In this document: piece by piece, positions 51,655 to 64,000 of the stretch
Layout of the letters: each line of letters starts with the position of its first letter
Position numbering within the stretch: position 1 is the first letter of the stretch
Source of the DNA: Basidiobolus meristosporus CBS 931.73
Lineage: Eukaryota; Fungi; Basidiobolomycota
Assembly: GCA_002104905.1 (NCBI GenBank)
Contig: MCFE01000475.1
Location: forward strand, 4,801 to 68,800
DNA: 64,000 bases
Reading direction: 5' to 3'
Position numbers and translations under genes: made by a program
Notes under the pieces: model-generated
Told to the model about the DNA's origin: nothing
Databases searched by the model: none
What the model saw: only the letters and a program-made list of their open reading frames with translations

Positions 51655-51672
51655 TGGCACCCAACGTGGGGG
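51655..51672 (+). promoter_or_regulatory. Primer binding site, tRNA-Lys(CUU)-like
   Basis: TGGCACCCAACGTGGGGG versus the tRNA-Lys1,2 PBS TGGCGCCCAACGTGGGGC (16/18), 4 nt after the LTR-terminal CA. Confidence 0.75.
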
Positions 51673-51799
51673 GTTCATACAAGCTCCCTAGGACCCAACA
51701 AGATTTACCTGAAGATTTGAGCCATTACCCATTTATTGAAAAGAGACTACCAATATTATCAAGACTACAACACCAACCTACCTACCCAAAATAAACTCT

Positions 51800-54700
51800 A
51801 TGCCCTTACCACTCTCACATGGGGCCCTACAGTTTGATGGAAAGAATGTGGAAAGCTTCATATTCAAATGGGAGAAGCTCTGCAAGATGTGCAGCCTATC
51901 TGAACAAGAAATGACTGAAGACTTCCCCTACTACTGCACCAATGATATTACTACTAAGCTTCTCAGACAAGGAGACATTCTCACTGACTGGGCCTTAATG
52001 AAGACCTACCTACAGACCAAGTATGGTAGACCCCAGATATACTACGGAATTGAAGACCTCAGACACTTCGGAAGGACAAGACTCTCCAAGCTACCACTTG
52101 AAGAGTTCATTCAACAGTATGAAGATATGGCCAAGCCACTCCTAGAGTCCCAGGCTATAACTGAGTTTACCATGACACTTTACCTTGCACAAGGGCTTCC
52201 CCAGGACTTGGCAAGGAAGGTTGACTTACATGCGGCAAAGGATGACAAGTCTGGCATTCCTTGCTTTGCAGAGATGAAATGTGTACTCCTAGAGGCAAAA
52301 CAGACTTCTACCTTTATGAGACTCCTGACATCTAATCTGCAAGACCAGTCAACCAAGGAGCCAAAGAGTGCTATTGTTGACAATCAGACCTACACTACCA
52401 ACAGAATTGACCAACTTGCTGAACAGTTACAAAAGCTAGCCCTCAAGATTAACGGCTCAGCTGAGGTAGCTACTGAGGGCCAAAGACCTTTGCCCAGACA
52501 CTGCATCTGGTGTGACTCTACCCAGCATGCCAGACAAGAATGCTCAGAACTTATTCAGCTACTTTGAGAAGGAACAGTGCAGTTTGATGCTGATGGAATG
52601 CTTGCTGACAAGGAAGAAAAAAGGATTCCCACTAATTTCTGAAGAGGTGGAATGAGAGCCCTTTTCCAGAAGTCTGACTCAGCAAGTAGAAAGATTACTG
52701 TTGATGCCCCTATTGAGACTCATACAGTGGTTCCAAGCAGCCCTGACAACAGAAAATACAAAGTAGATGCCTTTGCTACCAAGAGACACCTTGCTGAAGA
52801 ACCTGTTAAGCCCATCCTTAGAAGACCATGGTTTGAAGAGCCTGAGGTTATCATTGACAAGAGGCCTGGAATACTGCCCACCCAAGACCCATTGCCTCAC
52901 TTTCAGATGACCTCAAAGATAGCAGGCTACTCAAGCCCTCAACTGATTACTGAGAAACTGCTGAAGCAGAACCTCACTTTGTTGGTTGGAGAAATCATGA
53001 GTGTATCACCAACTGTTAGGAAGACCTTTGATGAGCAGCTAAGAACAAGAAGACAAGCTGTTGAACATATGGACTCCCATATAATCCAGACAAACCATGA
53101 AGACCACCAAAATGATGACAACACTACTAAATATACAACCTTTTACTCAGTTGCAACTGCTGTGGTGAAAGGGTATATATATGATGACCCTGTTGACTGC
53201 CATATTGACAGTGGTTTAGAGATTTGTGTTATGCCGCTAGACTTCTGGAAGACACTTAGAAGCAAGGAGCTACTGCCTGTTGATAGGGATATTGGATGGA
53301 ACATGACTGATGCAAACTCAGGATCTAACCCACTCTATGGTGTAGTGCACAAGTTCCCTATTGAGGTACAAGGAATCATGGTCTGGCTTCCCCTCTTTAT
53401 CTACCAGAAGGCAAACTTTGACCTTCTGTTAGGCAGACCATGGGAGACCAGTACTAAGGCTACAACTATCAACTATTCTGATGGGTCAGTGTGGTACACT
53501 ATACAAGGATCAAACCCAGCACTACAGTCAACATTCTGTGGGGTAACACCCAACAATAAGAGAACACATACTGCTTGCCAGAAGACACAGCTTGTTATAG
53601 AAGAAGATGAGGAGCCTGACAATATACACCCCAACAGTTGGAGCTGCTCATTAGGTATACAGGAGCAGACTGCTATGATTTGCACAAAATACAAGACAGT
53701 AGAACAGAAGATTGAACCATGCCTTACACCTTTAACTGATGGATCTTGACCTGCTGATTACATCAGAACACCAGAAGGAACACCTGCAGATATACAACTT
53801 ACACCTGAGAGACTTAAGCAACTTATCATTGGTGATGGAAATCTAACACCGGAGGAGATCTTATTATTTGAAGAAACCCTGAAAAGACATGATAAGGTTT
53901 TCTCAAATAATGATAAGGAGATGGGCTCTTAAAGACATTGGTTGAAAAACCTATCAAGATTCATACAGTGCCCCACACACCTTGGTCATTTAAGCCTTAC
54001 CCACTGCCTAGGGGACTCCAAGCTGATGTGAATGACCTACTTGAGAAGAAGATTGAAGCTGGTATCCTAGAACCTTGCCATGGACCTTATGCTAACAGAC
54101 AGTTTGTGACCAAAAAGAAGAATGGAAAGCTCCAATTCATTCAAGACATGCAACCTGCAAATGCTGTCACTATCAGAGATGCCGCAATACCTCCATCTAT
54201 TGATGACTTTGCAGAGAGCTTTAGTGGTCACTCCATCTACTCAGCATATGATCTCTACTCAGGATATGACCAGATCCCCCTAGATGAGACATCAAGAGAT
54301 ATGTTTGCACTCCAAACACCATTTGGACTATTATGAATGACAAGACTCAGCCAAGGGGCAACAAACCCCGTGGCTCAGTTCCAGAGATGCATGGTGAATG
54401 TGCTCTACCAGTTTATACCTGAGAAACTTGCTGTCTTTGTAGATGAAATAGGCATCAAAGGACCAAAACTCCAAGACACAACTGAAGTTAAGCCTAGAGT
54501 AAGAAAGTTTGTCTATGACCATATCTCAGACAATGATGCCATATTAGGAGCCATTGAAGAAGCTGGACTCATCATCAGTGGTGAGAAAAGCAGCTTTGGT
54601 GTATCAGAGATATCCATTGTTGGACAAAAATGCAACACCTTTGATTGTTCACCTGGAGACTCCATGACACAAAAAATATGCAACTGGCCTACCCCCACAA

Positions 54701-56638
54701 ATCTAACACAAGCTTGTGGCTTTGTGGCAGCTTGTGGGTTCTTTAGGATCTGGATCCCAAGATTTTCTGAAATAGCAGAACCAATTTATCAACTACAGAG
54801 AAAGAATACCCCATTTAACTGGGGAGAAGAGCAAGAAGAAGCCATGCAATTACTAAAAGAGGCCTTAGTATCTCCACCAGTTCTGAGACCTCTCAACTAT
54901 CAGAACACTGAATGCCCACCTATCTTGACAGTGGATGCAAGCCCTATAGGAGCTGGAGCACTACTTGGCCAAGATGATGAAGAGGGCAACCACTATGCCT
55001 GCAGATATGAGAGCTGCCTCTTCTCTCCTAGAGAGCAAAGATGCTCACAGATTAAGAGAGAGCTACTAGGAGTTGTGAAGATGCTGAGAAAGCTGAAGTC
55101 ACAACTCTACATGACATATTTCATCCTGGAGACAGATGCTAAGCCACCTATAGGAATGATCAACAAGCCTGACCTACCTGATGATGCCACAAATTGGTGG
55201 ATGGCATGGCTGAAGATGTTTGACTTTGAGGTCAGACATATCCCTGGCAAGACAAATGTTGTGGCCAATGCACTCTCTAGGAAGGGACCACAGTTGTCTG
55301 AAGATATGGACCCAGACTTTGATGACATAATTGATGCAGAAATCCAACAACTACATGTGAAGAAGCCCAGCAACTTTCCGTGGAACACCATTCAAGACTA
55401 TCTGAGAACCTTAGAGAAGCCTCCAGGAATGGGCCCACATGATTTCAGAAAGCTCAGGAAGAAGGCCCATCATTTCTACACAAAGGATGGCCTCCTCTTC
55501 AAAAAAGCCTGGACAGACACCAAGGAGAGTTATAGTTGAGCCCCAGGAACAACTGACTATTATGTCAAGCCTTCATGAAGGAAGACCTTGTGGTCATGGA
55601 GGCAGAGATGCCACATACAATGTTGTTTCCAGTAGATATTACTGAGAGCATATGCATCATGATGTCCAACACTTTGTTGAGTCTTGTGACATTTGCCAAA
55701 GAAGGTTAACCAAGAGATATGAGGAGCTGCTCCATCCAACCTACACACCTTGCCTATGACAGAAGGTTGGAATTGACCTGGTCCACATCCCAACTGCTGG
55801 AACCAAAAAGTACCTAGTTGTTGCCAGAGATGATCTGAGTGGGCGGGTAGAAGCTCAAGCTCTATCTAATAACAAAAGCCACACAATATGGAGATTTATT
55901 CTTGAAAATATAATATGCAGATTTGGCTGCATCAGCCAGTTTGTTGCTGACCAAGGAGAAATGACTTCAAATTTGGTCCAGGAACTCTGCTCACAATACA
56001 AGATTCATATTTCTTTCACCACCGCTTATCACCCACAAGCCAATGGAATGGTTGAAAGAGGCCATGGCCTGTTGGTTAACTGCCTAGTTGAGAGCTGCAA
56101 GAACATGACACTACAGTGGCCTAGACAACTTCATCTAGCACTCTGGGCAGATAAAATCACTACAAAACTCAGCACAGGCCTATCTCCATTCAAGTTGCTT
56201 TATGGACATGATTGCATTCTTCCCATGGAGCTTGACTCAACATCCTGCAACATGCTAGAGTGGAGAACTACAATGAGTACAGAAGAACTACTGACTACAC
56301 GCATCAAATAGCTTGATCACCATGGACTTGATATAACCCAAGCAGCTGCTAAACTCAAATAGACAACACTTCAGAACAAGGAACCATTTGACAAGTCACA
56401 TAGCCTTAGACCAAAGCCATTAATGCAAGGAGATCCAGTACTGCTCTATGATTCCACTTTAGACAAGCAGTGGAGTTGCAAGTCTGACAATAAGTGGTCT
56501 GGCCCATATATTATCTCCAAGGTGATTGGAAATGGAAGCTACTACTTGTCTGAACTTGATGAAACATGGGTAAGAGCACCTGTGGCAGGAAACAGACTTA
56601 AGCTATTCAAGCACTGGAATTTTGCACATCACATTTAG
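51800..56638 (+). pseudogene. gypsy gag-pol with multiple stops and frameshifts
   Basis: CIWCDSTQHARQEC knuckle, HIDSG protease, YSAYDLYSGYDQ / GLL*MTRLSQG / VFVDE RT, LTVDAS / ETDAKP RNase H, H-H-C-C zinc finger and AYHPQANGMVERGH integrase. Confidence 0.92.
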
Positions 56639-57536
56639 TTTGCTTTGACCTGAGTTCAAAGCTGAGAGGGGGGTGGATGTAGTGGGGTCACAGTGACACC
56701 CACAGGCAGATGTGCTCATTCCCATACGTTCACTTCCCTAAAAAGGATTACCCCCCACCTATATTAGTATCATCCCAAATTGCAATATTTTTTATCTGTT
56801 TATGTGATTATTACTATGCAACCTGACAAACTATTTGTCACTATTAACCCATTGCACAAGCTATTCCTATTCCTTGCCAAGATGCCAAGATAAGATAGTT
56901 GCCATATAAGACAAGTACACCCAACAGTGCCTATGTCATGTGACCATCCTGGTTTCATAACCCTCCTATCCTACTACCATATGAGGTAACTACATGACAC
57001 AGAGGTTTCATATTACCACTGTCTGATTGGCTAGGTGCTACTATGTCTCATAGAACAATCCACCAAGAATTTGAGCTATTTTTAGTACACACTGACATGA
57101 TTGGCTGTCTACTACCTTCTGGAAACTTCCGGAAAGTATTTTTTAGCAAGAATTTCAGCAGCAAAAAAGTATATAAGGGAGGCTATCCCTTAAGATAAAT
57201 CATCCCTCTTCCAATATTCCAACTTATTGATTAGTGAGATCACTGCTACCTATTACCACTACTTTCTGACTCAGACCTGACAATACTCCCAGGAAACTGC
57301 ACTGACAGCCAACTGACCTTGGAGGCACTACTTGTGAGGAATACTCAGAGTAGGTATACTCTATTATATTGGATTCTTTCCCAAGTTTGTTCTTGTACAG
57401 GCAAATGTACTTCTCAGTCTTTGTAACTATTGGTCAAAGCTGCATTCTTATCAAGTCCCTGTTGGTGGAGTTTACAGTTGTTTTGACTTTCGAAGCTTTA
57501 GTACATTATCATCTCAAAGGACATCAAAGCCATTAT

Positions 57537-58200
57537 ATTGCTTATATCAAAATTTTAGTGATCACTGATTTGTGATGGCTTGATGTGGGTTGCAAAAAAA
57601 TGTGTTGTTTGGATCATTACAAATAATAGCAATTCAATGCAATTGCATCATCTTCTCCTAGGCTTTTTTCTGAAAGGGATTACTACTGAAGCATTTGGTA
57701 GTGATTCACTTTGCACACCTAAATTACTTTCTTGTTGACTATCCTCTTGGCTACTTGTGTATTTGTAGTCAGTATTTTGCATCCTAGTTGATGAGTGCAA
57801 TGCTGCAGCTTAGCTGCGCTGAACTGCTCCAGATGATGCAACTGAGCCAGCCTACAGTGCTACACGCTTAAGCATTCTATTACTTACCAAAGGCTCTGGT
57901 GGTGGAGGCACTTCATGTGGGTTATCATCCGTCAGTTCACCAGAAGAAACCTGCTGATGGTCAGGTGTAATGGCACGCCCAGATGCAACTTGATGGGCTG
58001 CCATGGCCCTTGGCTGAGTTTGATGTGATGCCACTTGTTGACGCAACTTGGCCTGCTCCAAAGGACTTGTGTCTTTTTGAGCAATTTGGCGGGTACTGGT
58101 GGTTTTGCTCTGAAGCACATGCGTTGACCCAATATGCATTGAGTCTATGCGGGGCACTCTTGTAAAGGGTGTTGGCATAGTTTGGACTGACATGCGCTGG
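57537..58200 (-). mobile_element. Partial family X copy (ORF-A 3' half)
   Basis: Reverse complement of about 45460-46120, near-colinear with 62660-63320. Confidence 0.75.
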
Positions 58201-58910
58201 TGTGGCAGGGTAAACATACCGCCCACAGTCAAGTTGATGCATATAGCCATTATGATATACTTATCCATATTTTATCTTATCAGTATTATCCCATTGTTCT
58301 TTTACCTATATTATCAGTATTATCCCCATATGATGTTTACCTTGATTAGTTATTAGCATTAGTTATCCCTGATGTTATTCAGCTTTGTGATCAGTATATG
58401 TATCTACATAAGGCAAGTACCCGCATCAGTATCCATGACACATGACCTAGGTCTGTGTTACCATCCCTACCATTTCAATACCATATATGGTATTTCTATG
58501 TTGCACAGGTTTCAGACTACTGATTCCTGATTGGTTGGATGTGCTGTGCTGTTTAGGACCTTCCAGGACTTTTTTGGCGTACATTTAGCTCATAGTGATG
58601 TCATAATGAATTCCACTGGTGCCTAGAATCTTCTAGAACCTTGTCATTAGCAACCACTTGGCAATCAGGAAAAGTATTTAAGGGAAAGCAATCCCTCATC
58701 AATAATTCATTCTTCTATCAGTAACACTTCTACCTTATTAATTAGCAGTTGGTCACTGCACCTGCCTTCAACAGTACATCTCAGACCTGCCATCAAGGAG
58801 CTTTTCAGGGTAGTGCACAAGACACACAGAGGCCTTTGGAGACACTTGGAGCACCTAGGAAGCTAGAGCAGCAGGAGCTTTTACAATAGTGACATATTGA
58901 CAAAGACACT
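58201..58910 (+). mobile_element. Family 2 LTR, 3'-truncated
   Basis: TGTGGCAGGGTAAACATACC.. is colinear with 47319-48025. Confidence 0.85.
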
Positions 58911-58983
58911 TAGCCTCCCTGGCACACTATGGCAACATTTAGCACTCATGGCTCAATGTGGCACTATCCAACAGAACAAGTCT
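58907..58983. repeat. Isolated terminal arm of the MITE family
   Basis: Near-exact reverse complement of 60077-60153 (3 mismatches by eye), ending AACAAGTCT. Confidence 0.85.
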
Positions 58984-59234
58984 AAAATATGTATCAAAAC
59001 CAATGTGATTGTTGAATTTTCCATATATTATGTATGATGCAACTCAGATTGCATTGACACAGATCAGATCACATCAATTGTAGATTTCCTATTTGATTAT
59101 AGACTTGTGAGTAAAACAACAATAAAAATACCCAGTCATTGTTTGACGATAAGTTTTGCAACATAATGATGGGATACATGGCATTTGATGGAGATTTAAT
59201 CATAATGCATGGAAAATCAGATAAATAAAGCTGA

Positions 59235-60907
59235 TTGAACCAAACCAAATCAAACCATCTCAGCCCAATCCTTACCAATCTTAATATGACTTACTCATCT
59301 GAATGGTCTTTTCACATCAATCCCATCTCTACCACTGGATTTCCTTTTGACACACTAGAGGAGATCTATACCAAGTACTGCGGTCCATCTACCCTAATCC
59401 ACTCAAGGAGATCCCTTGTTAAGCTTCTCTGCTATTACAAGAACTATTGCCCTACAAGGTTTCATCACACCATCCATGGCAACAAAAGTCCTAGAAGCTT
59501 TCAATCCCAGCAGACAGCAATGAACAACCACCTTGCAGAGGGTATGAATGACTTAGAGCATGCTTGGAGTACTAGGTTCAGAAGCTCAAATAGACTTCCA
59601 TATCCCAGAGTGTTCAGCAACAGGTTCCACATATGGAGTATCTTGGATACCTTCCCAGTCAGGATTAACAGACCTTCTAGAGGGCAGAGGCACTTTTATT
59701 CTGGCAAGTACAAGGCACACTGTGTGAAGTTTCAAGCACTGTCTGACATTGGGGGTATCATCATCTGGTTTAGTGGGCCATTTGCTGGAAGTAGGCATGA
59801 CAAACCACTCTGGGTAGAGAATCATCCAGAACTCAGTAGAGCGGAGAGATGTATGGCAGACTTGGCATATATAGGAGAGGATTATCAGATATTAGGATGT
59901 ATAACAGCTTATAGGAAGTCATGGAATGGTGCACTTAGCAGGAAGCTGAAGCTCAACAATATGATATTTAATCATTTTAGAGTGAGGGTAGAGTATACAT
60001 TTGGATATCTGAAGAGATTCAGCATATTAGCAGGTAAATACAGAGGAAATTCATATTTAGGAGAAAACAGCAGAATAGACTTGTTCTATTGGATAGTGCC
60101 ACATTGAGCCATGAGTGCCAAATGATGCCATAGTGTGCCAGGGAGGCTAAGTGAACCTATACTTGACCACAGAGTATGAAACATAGATCTGCATCTTCAT
60201 GCAAAGCAGCCCCTGTGTTTCACCAATTATATTGGAGAAAATCCATTTTTTGACCTTTTTTTTTAGGTCAATGTTATGCAGGATGTGTAAGTGCACAAAA
60301 GGATTGAAAATATGCATTTGGTACTCAACACCCATGGCACTCTAAATCTAGCTCCTGAGGCTTGTAACATGTCACAAGAATGCATGGCACTATGTTGGTC
60401 CACTGGTACTATCTGGCACTGTAAGTGCTTTGTATAGATCTTACTATAGGACTAATAATTAAATATAGTGCCAGATAGTACCAGTGGACCAACATAGTGC
60501 CATGCATTCTTGTGACATGTTACAAGCCACAGGAGCTAGATTTAGAGTGCCATAGGTATTGCGTACCTGATGCATGTCTTTCATTCTTTTGTGCTCTTAC
60601 ACATCCTGCGCAACATTGATCCACAAAAAAACATCAAAAAATGTATTTTCTCCTGCATCATAGGTGAAACACAGGGGCTGCTTTGCATGAAGATGCAGAT
60701 CTATGTTTCACACTCTGTGGCCAAGTATAGGCTCACTTTGCCTATCTGGCACACTATGGCATCATTTGGCACTCATGGCTCAATGTGGCACTATCCAATG
60801 GAACAAGTCTAATAGGTAGAAGAGTTAAGATTCTTATCACTGCACAGTACATTCATACAAGAAGACATCTACCAAGAGAAATGTGTCTGGAGCATTATGA
60901 AGAGTAA
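59235..60907 (+). pseudogene. DDE_Tnp_4 (PIF/Harbinger-ISL2EU-like) transposase interrupted by a MITE
   Basis: ILDTFPVRINRP, FYSGKYKAHCVKFQ, GPFAGSRHD, MADLAYIG and RVRVEYTFGYLKRF. Removing 60077-60813 restores the frame through TAA 60905-60907. An element right end AACAAGTCT|ATT lies at 61080. Confidence 0.88.
60077..60810. mobile_element. 734-bp palindromic (foldback) MITE
   Basis: 344-bp inverted arms (60077-60420 and 60467-60810) around a 46-bp spacer, termini AGACTTGTTC..GAACAAGTCT, flanking AAT/AAT. Confidence 0.92.
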
Positions 60908-61116
60908 ATAAATCAAGGAAAGCACTACTCTGGGCAACATAGGTTAGATTGAGTAAAATTACCAGTAACTATAACACACCACTGGCATTATGGTAGAAAT
61001 TGTAATGCCAGATAGCACCAGATTGATCTTGCACTATAAACATGCTAGCACTATGTGGCACTATCCAACAGAACAAGTCTATTGATGATCTGCTTCTCAA
61101 TAAATATTCCTAATAT

Positions 61117-62029
61117 AGACTTGTTCTATTGTACCGTGCCAGGGCACTCAGCGCAATCCGTGGTCTCTAAGAACATTTGGGTGCAATATTATAGCTACCA
61201 GTAGGCACAATTGCTCTTGGACAATACTGCTCCATGCGGGACAATCTAGTACACTATGGCACAATCCGACACAATAAGCCTATGGAAAGTAATTTGGTCC
61301 TGTGGGTGAGTCCAATCCAGATCAACTGTCAGGATCCCATTTAGAGACCATCATAATACCAGCAGCTTGGAATTAGTGACCCTCCTAGTGATCTTATGAC
61401 AGGATCATGACAGTGTTTTGCTAATTTTACAACCAAATAAAGGAATTAAACTTGACAATATTTTATGAGTGCTGTGACAAAATTTGCATGGTATTGTTGC
61501 AGTCCTTTAGTGCTCTATAACTATTTTAAGTGGATCCAACTAGCCAGGACATCCAAGTGCATTATATGGCAAGAAACATGATGGTATTTTGATGGCCTCA
61601 CAGCAAGACTCTGATGGCATTATATTGGCAGTATGATGGCCTACCACTGGTTCTGTATAATGCTACCATACCAATTTACCAAAGAGTATTTCCTGCTTCT
61701 ACCTCCCCTTGTACAATTTATATATTCCACTGTAGAATCACCCCTCTTTACTTGCTTACCCACTACTACCTTGGGTATTCCACATATAGTTCAGCTCAAA
61801 AAAAAATATGGCCTCCTGCTTACTAACCTCTACAAACATGCACGCCTGCCACAATTGACATACCTTAATCACTTCACTTTACAGCTATCTAGTGTAATAC
61901 TTGCAAAGTCACCATATACCTAATGCTACTAGCAAAGTATACATCTTGCAAACATATGCTTGGTTGTTGCCATTTCTGCCACAAATACCTCCGGAATATA
62001 GGCAAAGAACATCTTGGTACTTAGCCAAT
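61117..62029. mobile_element. Family X-type terminus plus internal repeat
   Basis: AGACTTGTTCTATTGTACCGTGCCAGGG start. Positions 61330-61770 resemble 43080-43790 in direct orientation. Confidence 0.6.
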
Positions 62030-63900
62030 ATACTTATTCTATTGTACTGCGCCAGGGCGCATGGCGCAATTTGTGGTCTCTAAGAACAACTGGGTGCAAT
62101 ATTGTAGCTACCAGTAGGCAGATTGCTCTTGGATGATTTTGCACCATGTGGGACAATCTTGCACACTATGGCACAATCTGACACAATAGAGTTGGCACAA
62201 ATGATTGCACAAACTGGTAATGTTTGCATCACATGCATGATCAGATAGCGCTATTATGGTAGGTAAATCTGGTATATAGATATATTTCTCTACTGTAAAT
62301 GGAAATAATTGCATATCTCACTATAAGCCACACTGATACTTTCCATTTTGGTCACCATCTCTCCAATTGGATGGTATCTCAGAGGTTAATTGATCCAAAA
62401 GTATCCCAAAGCTGCCAGCCCCTGATTGGCTCTTTGACCAATCTACAAGCTACCTGATTTGCAATCAAATGTCCCATTTTGCCCATTAAGCAAGGAAATC
62501 ACTGATCCTAGTGATTGGACAAGGTGTCATAGCTAGCACACAACCAGTTGTATAGGTGCATATCAGATAAAATGGCTGCACTGATGCCACAGATGAAGTA
62601 TACATATACAGGGTGTTTATTCACAGGGGCCCTGTCTCAAATGTGAGACAACCTTGATATTGCTTATATCAAAATTTTAGTGATCACTGATATGCAATGA
62701 CTCAATGGAGATTGCAAAAAAAATGTGTTGTTTGGATCATGACAAATAATAGCAATTCAATGCAATTGCATTATCTTCTCCTAGGTTTTTTTCTTACTGG
62801 GATTACTACTGAAGCATTTGGTAGTGATTTACTTTGCACACCTAAGCTACTTTCTTGTTGCATATCCTCTTGGCTACTTGCGCATTTGTAGTCAGTATTT
62901 TGCCTCCTAGTTGACAAGTGCAATTCCACAGCTTGGCCATGCTGAGTTGCTCCAGATAATGCAACTAAGCCAGCCTGCAGTGCTATGCGCTCATGTGTTG
63001 TTTACTTGCCAAAGGCTCTGGTGGTGGAGGCACTTCATGTGGGTCATCATAAGTCAATTCACCAGAAGAAACTTGCTGATGGTCAGGTGTCATGGCATGC
63101 GCAGATGTGACTTGATGTGCTTGCATGGCCCTTGGCTGAATTTGATGTGATGCCACTTGTAGACACAACTTGGCCCACTCCAATGGACTTGTGTCTAAAT
63201 TAGCAGTTTGGCAAGTTCTGATGGTTTTGCCCTGTAGCATGCATGTCAACCCAATATACATTGACTTGATGCAAGGTGCTCTTGCAAAAGGTGTTGGCAT
63301 AGTTTGGACTGACGTGTGCTGGCATGCTTAAGTTGCCGGGATGGTAAGGAATCTAGCAAGGCATGTTGGTGCAATCTAGATGTTGCTACTCACAGTCTGT
63401 TTTCTTCCTCTCAAAGCTCCTATTCCGATTCCTCAAGGTAATCACTTACCTCTGTCTGATACTTTGGAACTGTTGCCTGAACAAGTTCTGTTTATATTGC
63501 TCATGGAAGCCACTTAGCTCTACTAATATATCACATACTACATTAGTAATTTGAGGCAAAAGATCATTTAAAATATTGTTGGTTCCCAGAGTTGAGGCAT
63601 AAATGGACATATCTAGCCTGTACTGAGCAAACCATGTGTAAAATTGTTCCCACATGGCTTCCTCATCAAATCCCCTCACTCTCAGCTCATTCTTGATTTC
63701 AATACTTGTCTTGTTATATATCATCTTACATATATCTGCTGGCATCTTGATGTAGAACTCATGCCACAGCTTTCTACCCAGGTTCTTCCATATCTGTCAA
63801 CTCTCTGAGGTATCTAGTTCTGCTAGATTAATGAGTAGTGACCAAATATCTGTATGAATGCTCATCATAGACACTTGGGCCATACCATAATCATCTTGCA
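62030..63900 (-). mobile_element. Family X copy with ORF-A on the minus strand
   Basis: AAT|ATACTTATTCTATTGTAC (degenerate terminus), then the reverse complement of about 46580 back to 44900. Confidence 0.75.
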
Positions 63901-64000
63901 AGAACTCAAATGGATCCAACATCAATTTTTACCGTCCGGACTGTGCTTGTGAGCTGGGGGATGGGTTTTGTCTGGGTTGTATTAAAGATGAGTTGAGACT

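Larger units (their letters stand above)
50572..57536 (+). mobile_element. Decayed Ty3/gypsy LTR retrotransposon (5' LTR 50572-51650; 3' LTR 56678-57536, truncated)
   Basis: LTR pair roughly 95% identical by eye, PBS at 51655, PPT GAGAGGGGGGTGGA at 56664-56677, and gag-PR-RT-RH-IN order. Confidence 0.95.

Noticed and set aside
58907-60153. 77-bp inverted repeats flanking the transposase read as its own TIRs
   Set aside because: The AGACTTGTT termini face the transposase, the right copy is one arm of the MITE with an AAT/AAT duplication, and the ORF continues beyond it.
50551-61080. One 10.5-kb composite transposon bounded by ATT/ATT
   Set aside because: The two ends belong to different terminal subtypes and a 3-bp AT-rich match is weak. 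Left unresolved.

Overview
Eukaryotic, almost certainly fungal DNA: short GT-AG introns, CTAAC-type branch points, ERG6, PER1 and RPL36. An early-diverging lineage is plausible but is only inference. A CpG-rich gene island at about 14.9-40.8 kb holds a secreted class-3 lipase, ERG6, a focadhesin/RST1-like giant ARM protein, PER1, NAP1, an acetyl-CoA transporter, RPL36, an orphan protein of 16 tandem MEYGRG(R/H)MGQRYGRRY(D)DED units, a PX-domain AGC kinase and a bacterial-looking GNAT with a truncated duplicate. Two strongly CpG-depleted transposon blocks flank it. The left block (4.4-14.6 kb) has a full-length Ty1/copia element (350-bp LTRs, ATAAT TSD, half-tRNA-iMet PBS, three in-frame stops), extra LTRs and relics. 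The right block (41.2-64 kb) has a truncated sister copia, a decayed Ty3/gypsy element with solo LTRs (4-bp TSDs) and a DNA-transposon system with AGACTTGTTC termini. That system comprises a DDE_Tnp_4 transposase interrupted by a 734-bp palindromic MITE, plus a related TIR family carrying two unknown divergent ORFs. P450, MFS, SDR and GNAT pseudogenes lie beside the TE blocks. No rRNA, tRNA or CRISPR array was recognised. All alignments and counts were done by eye.
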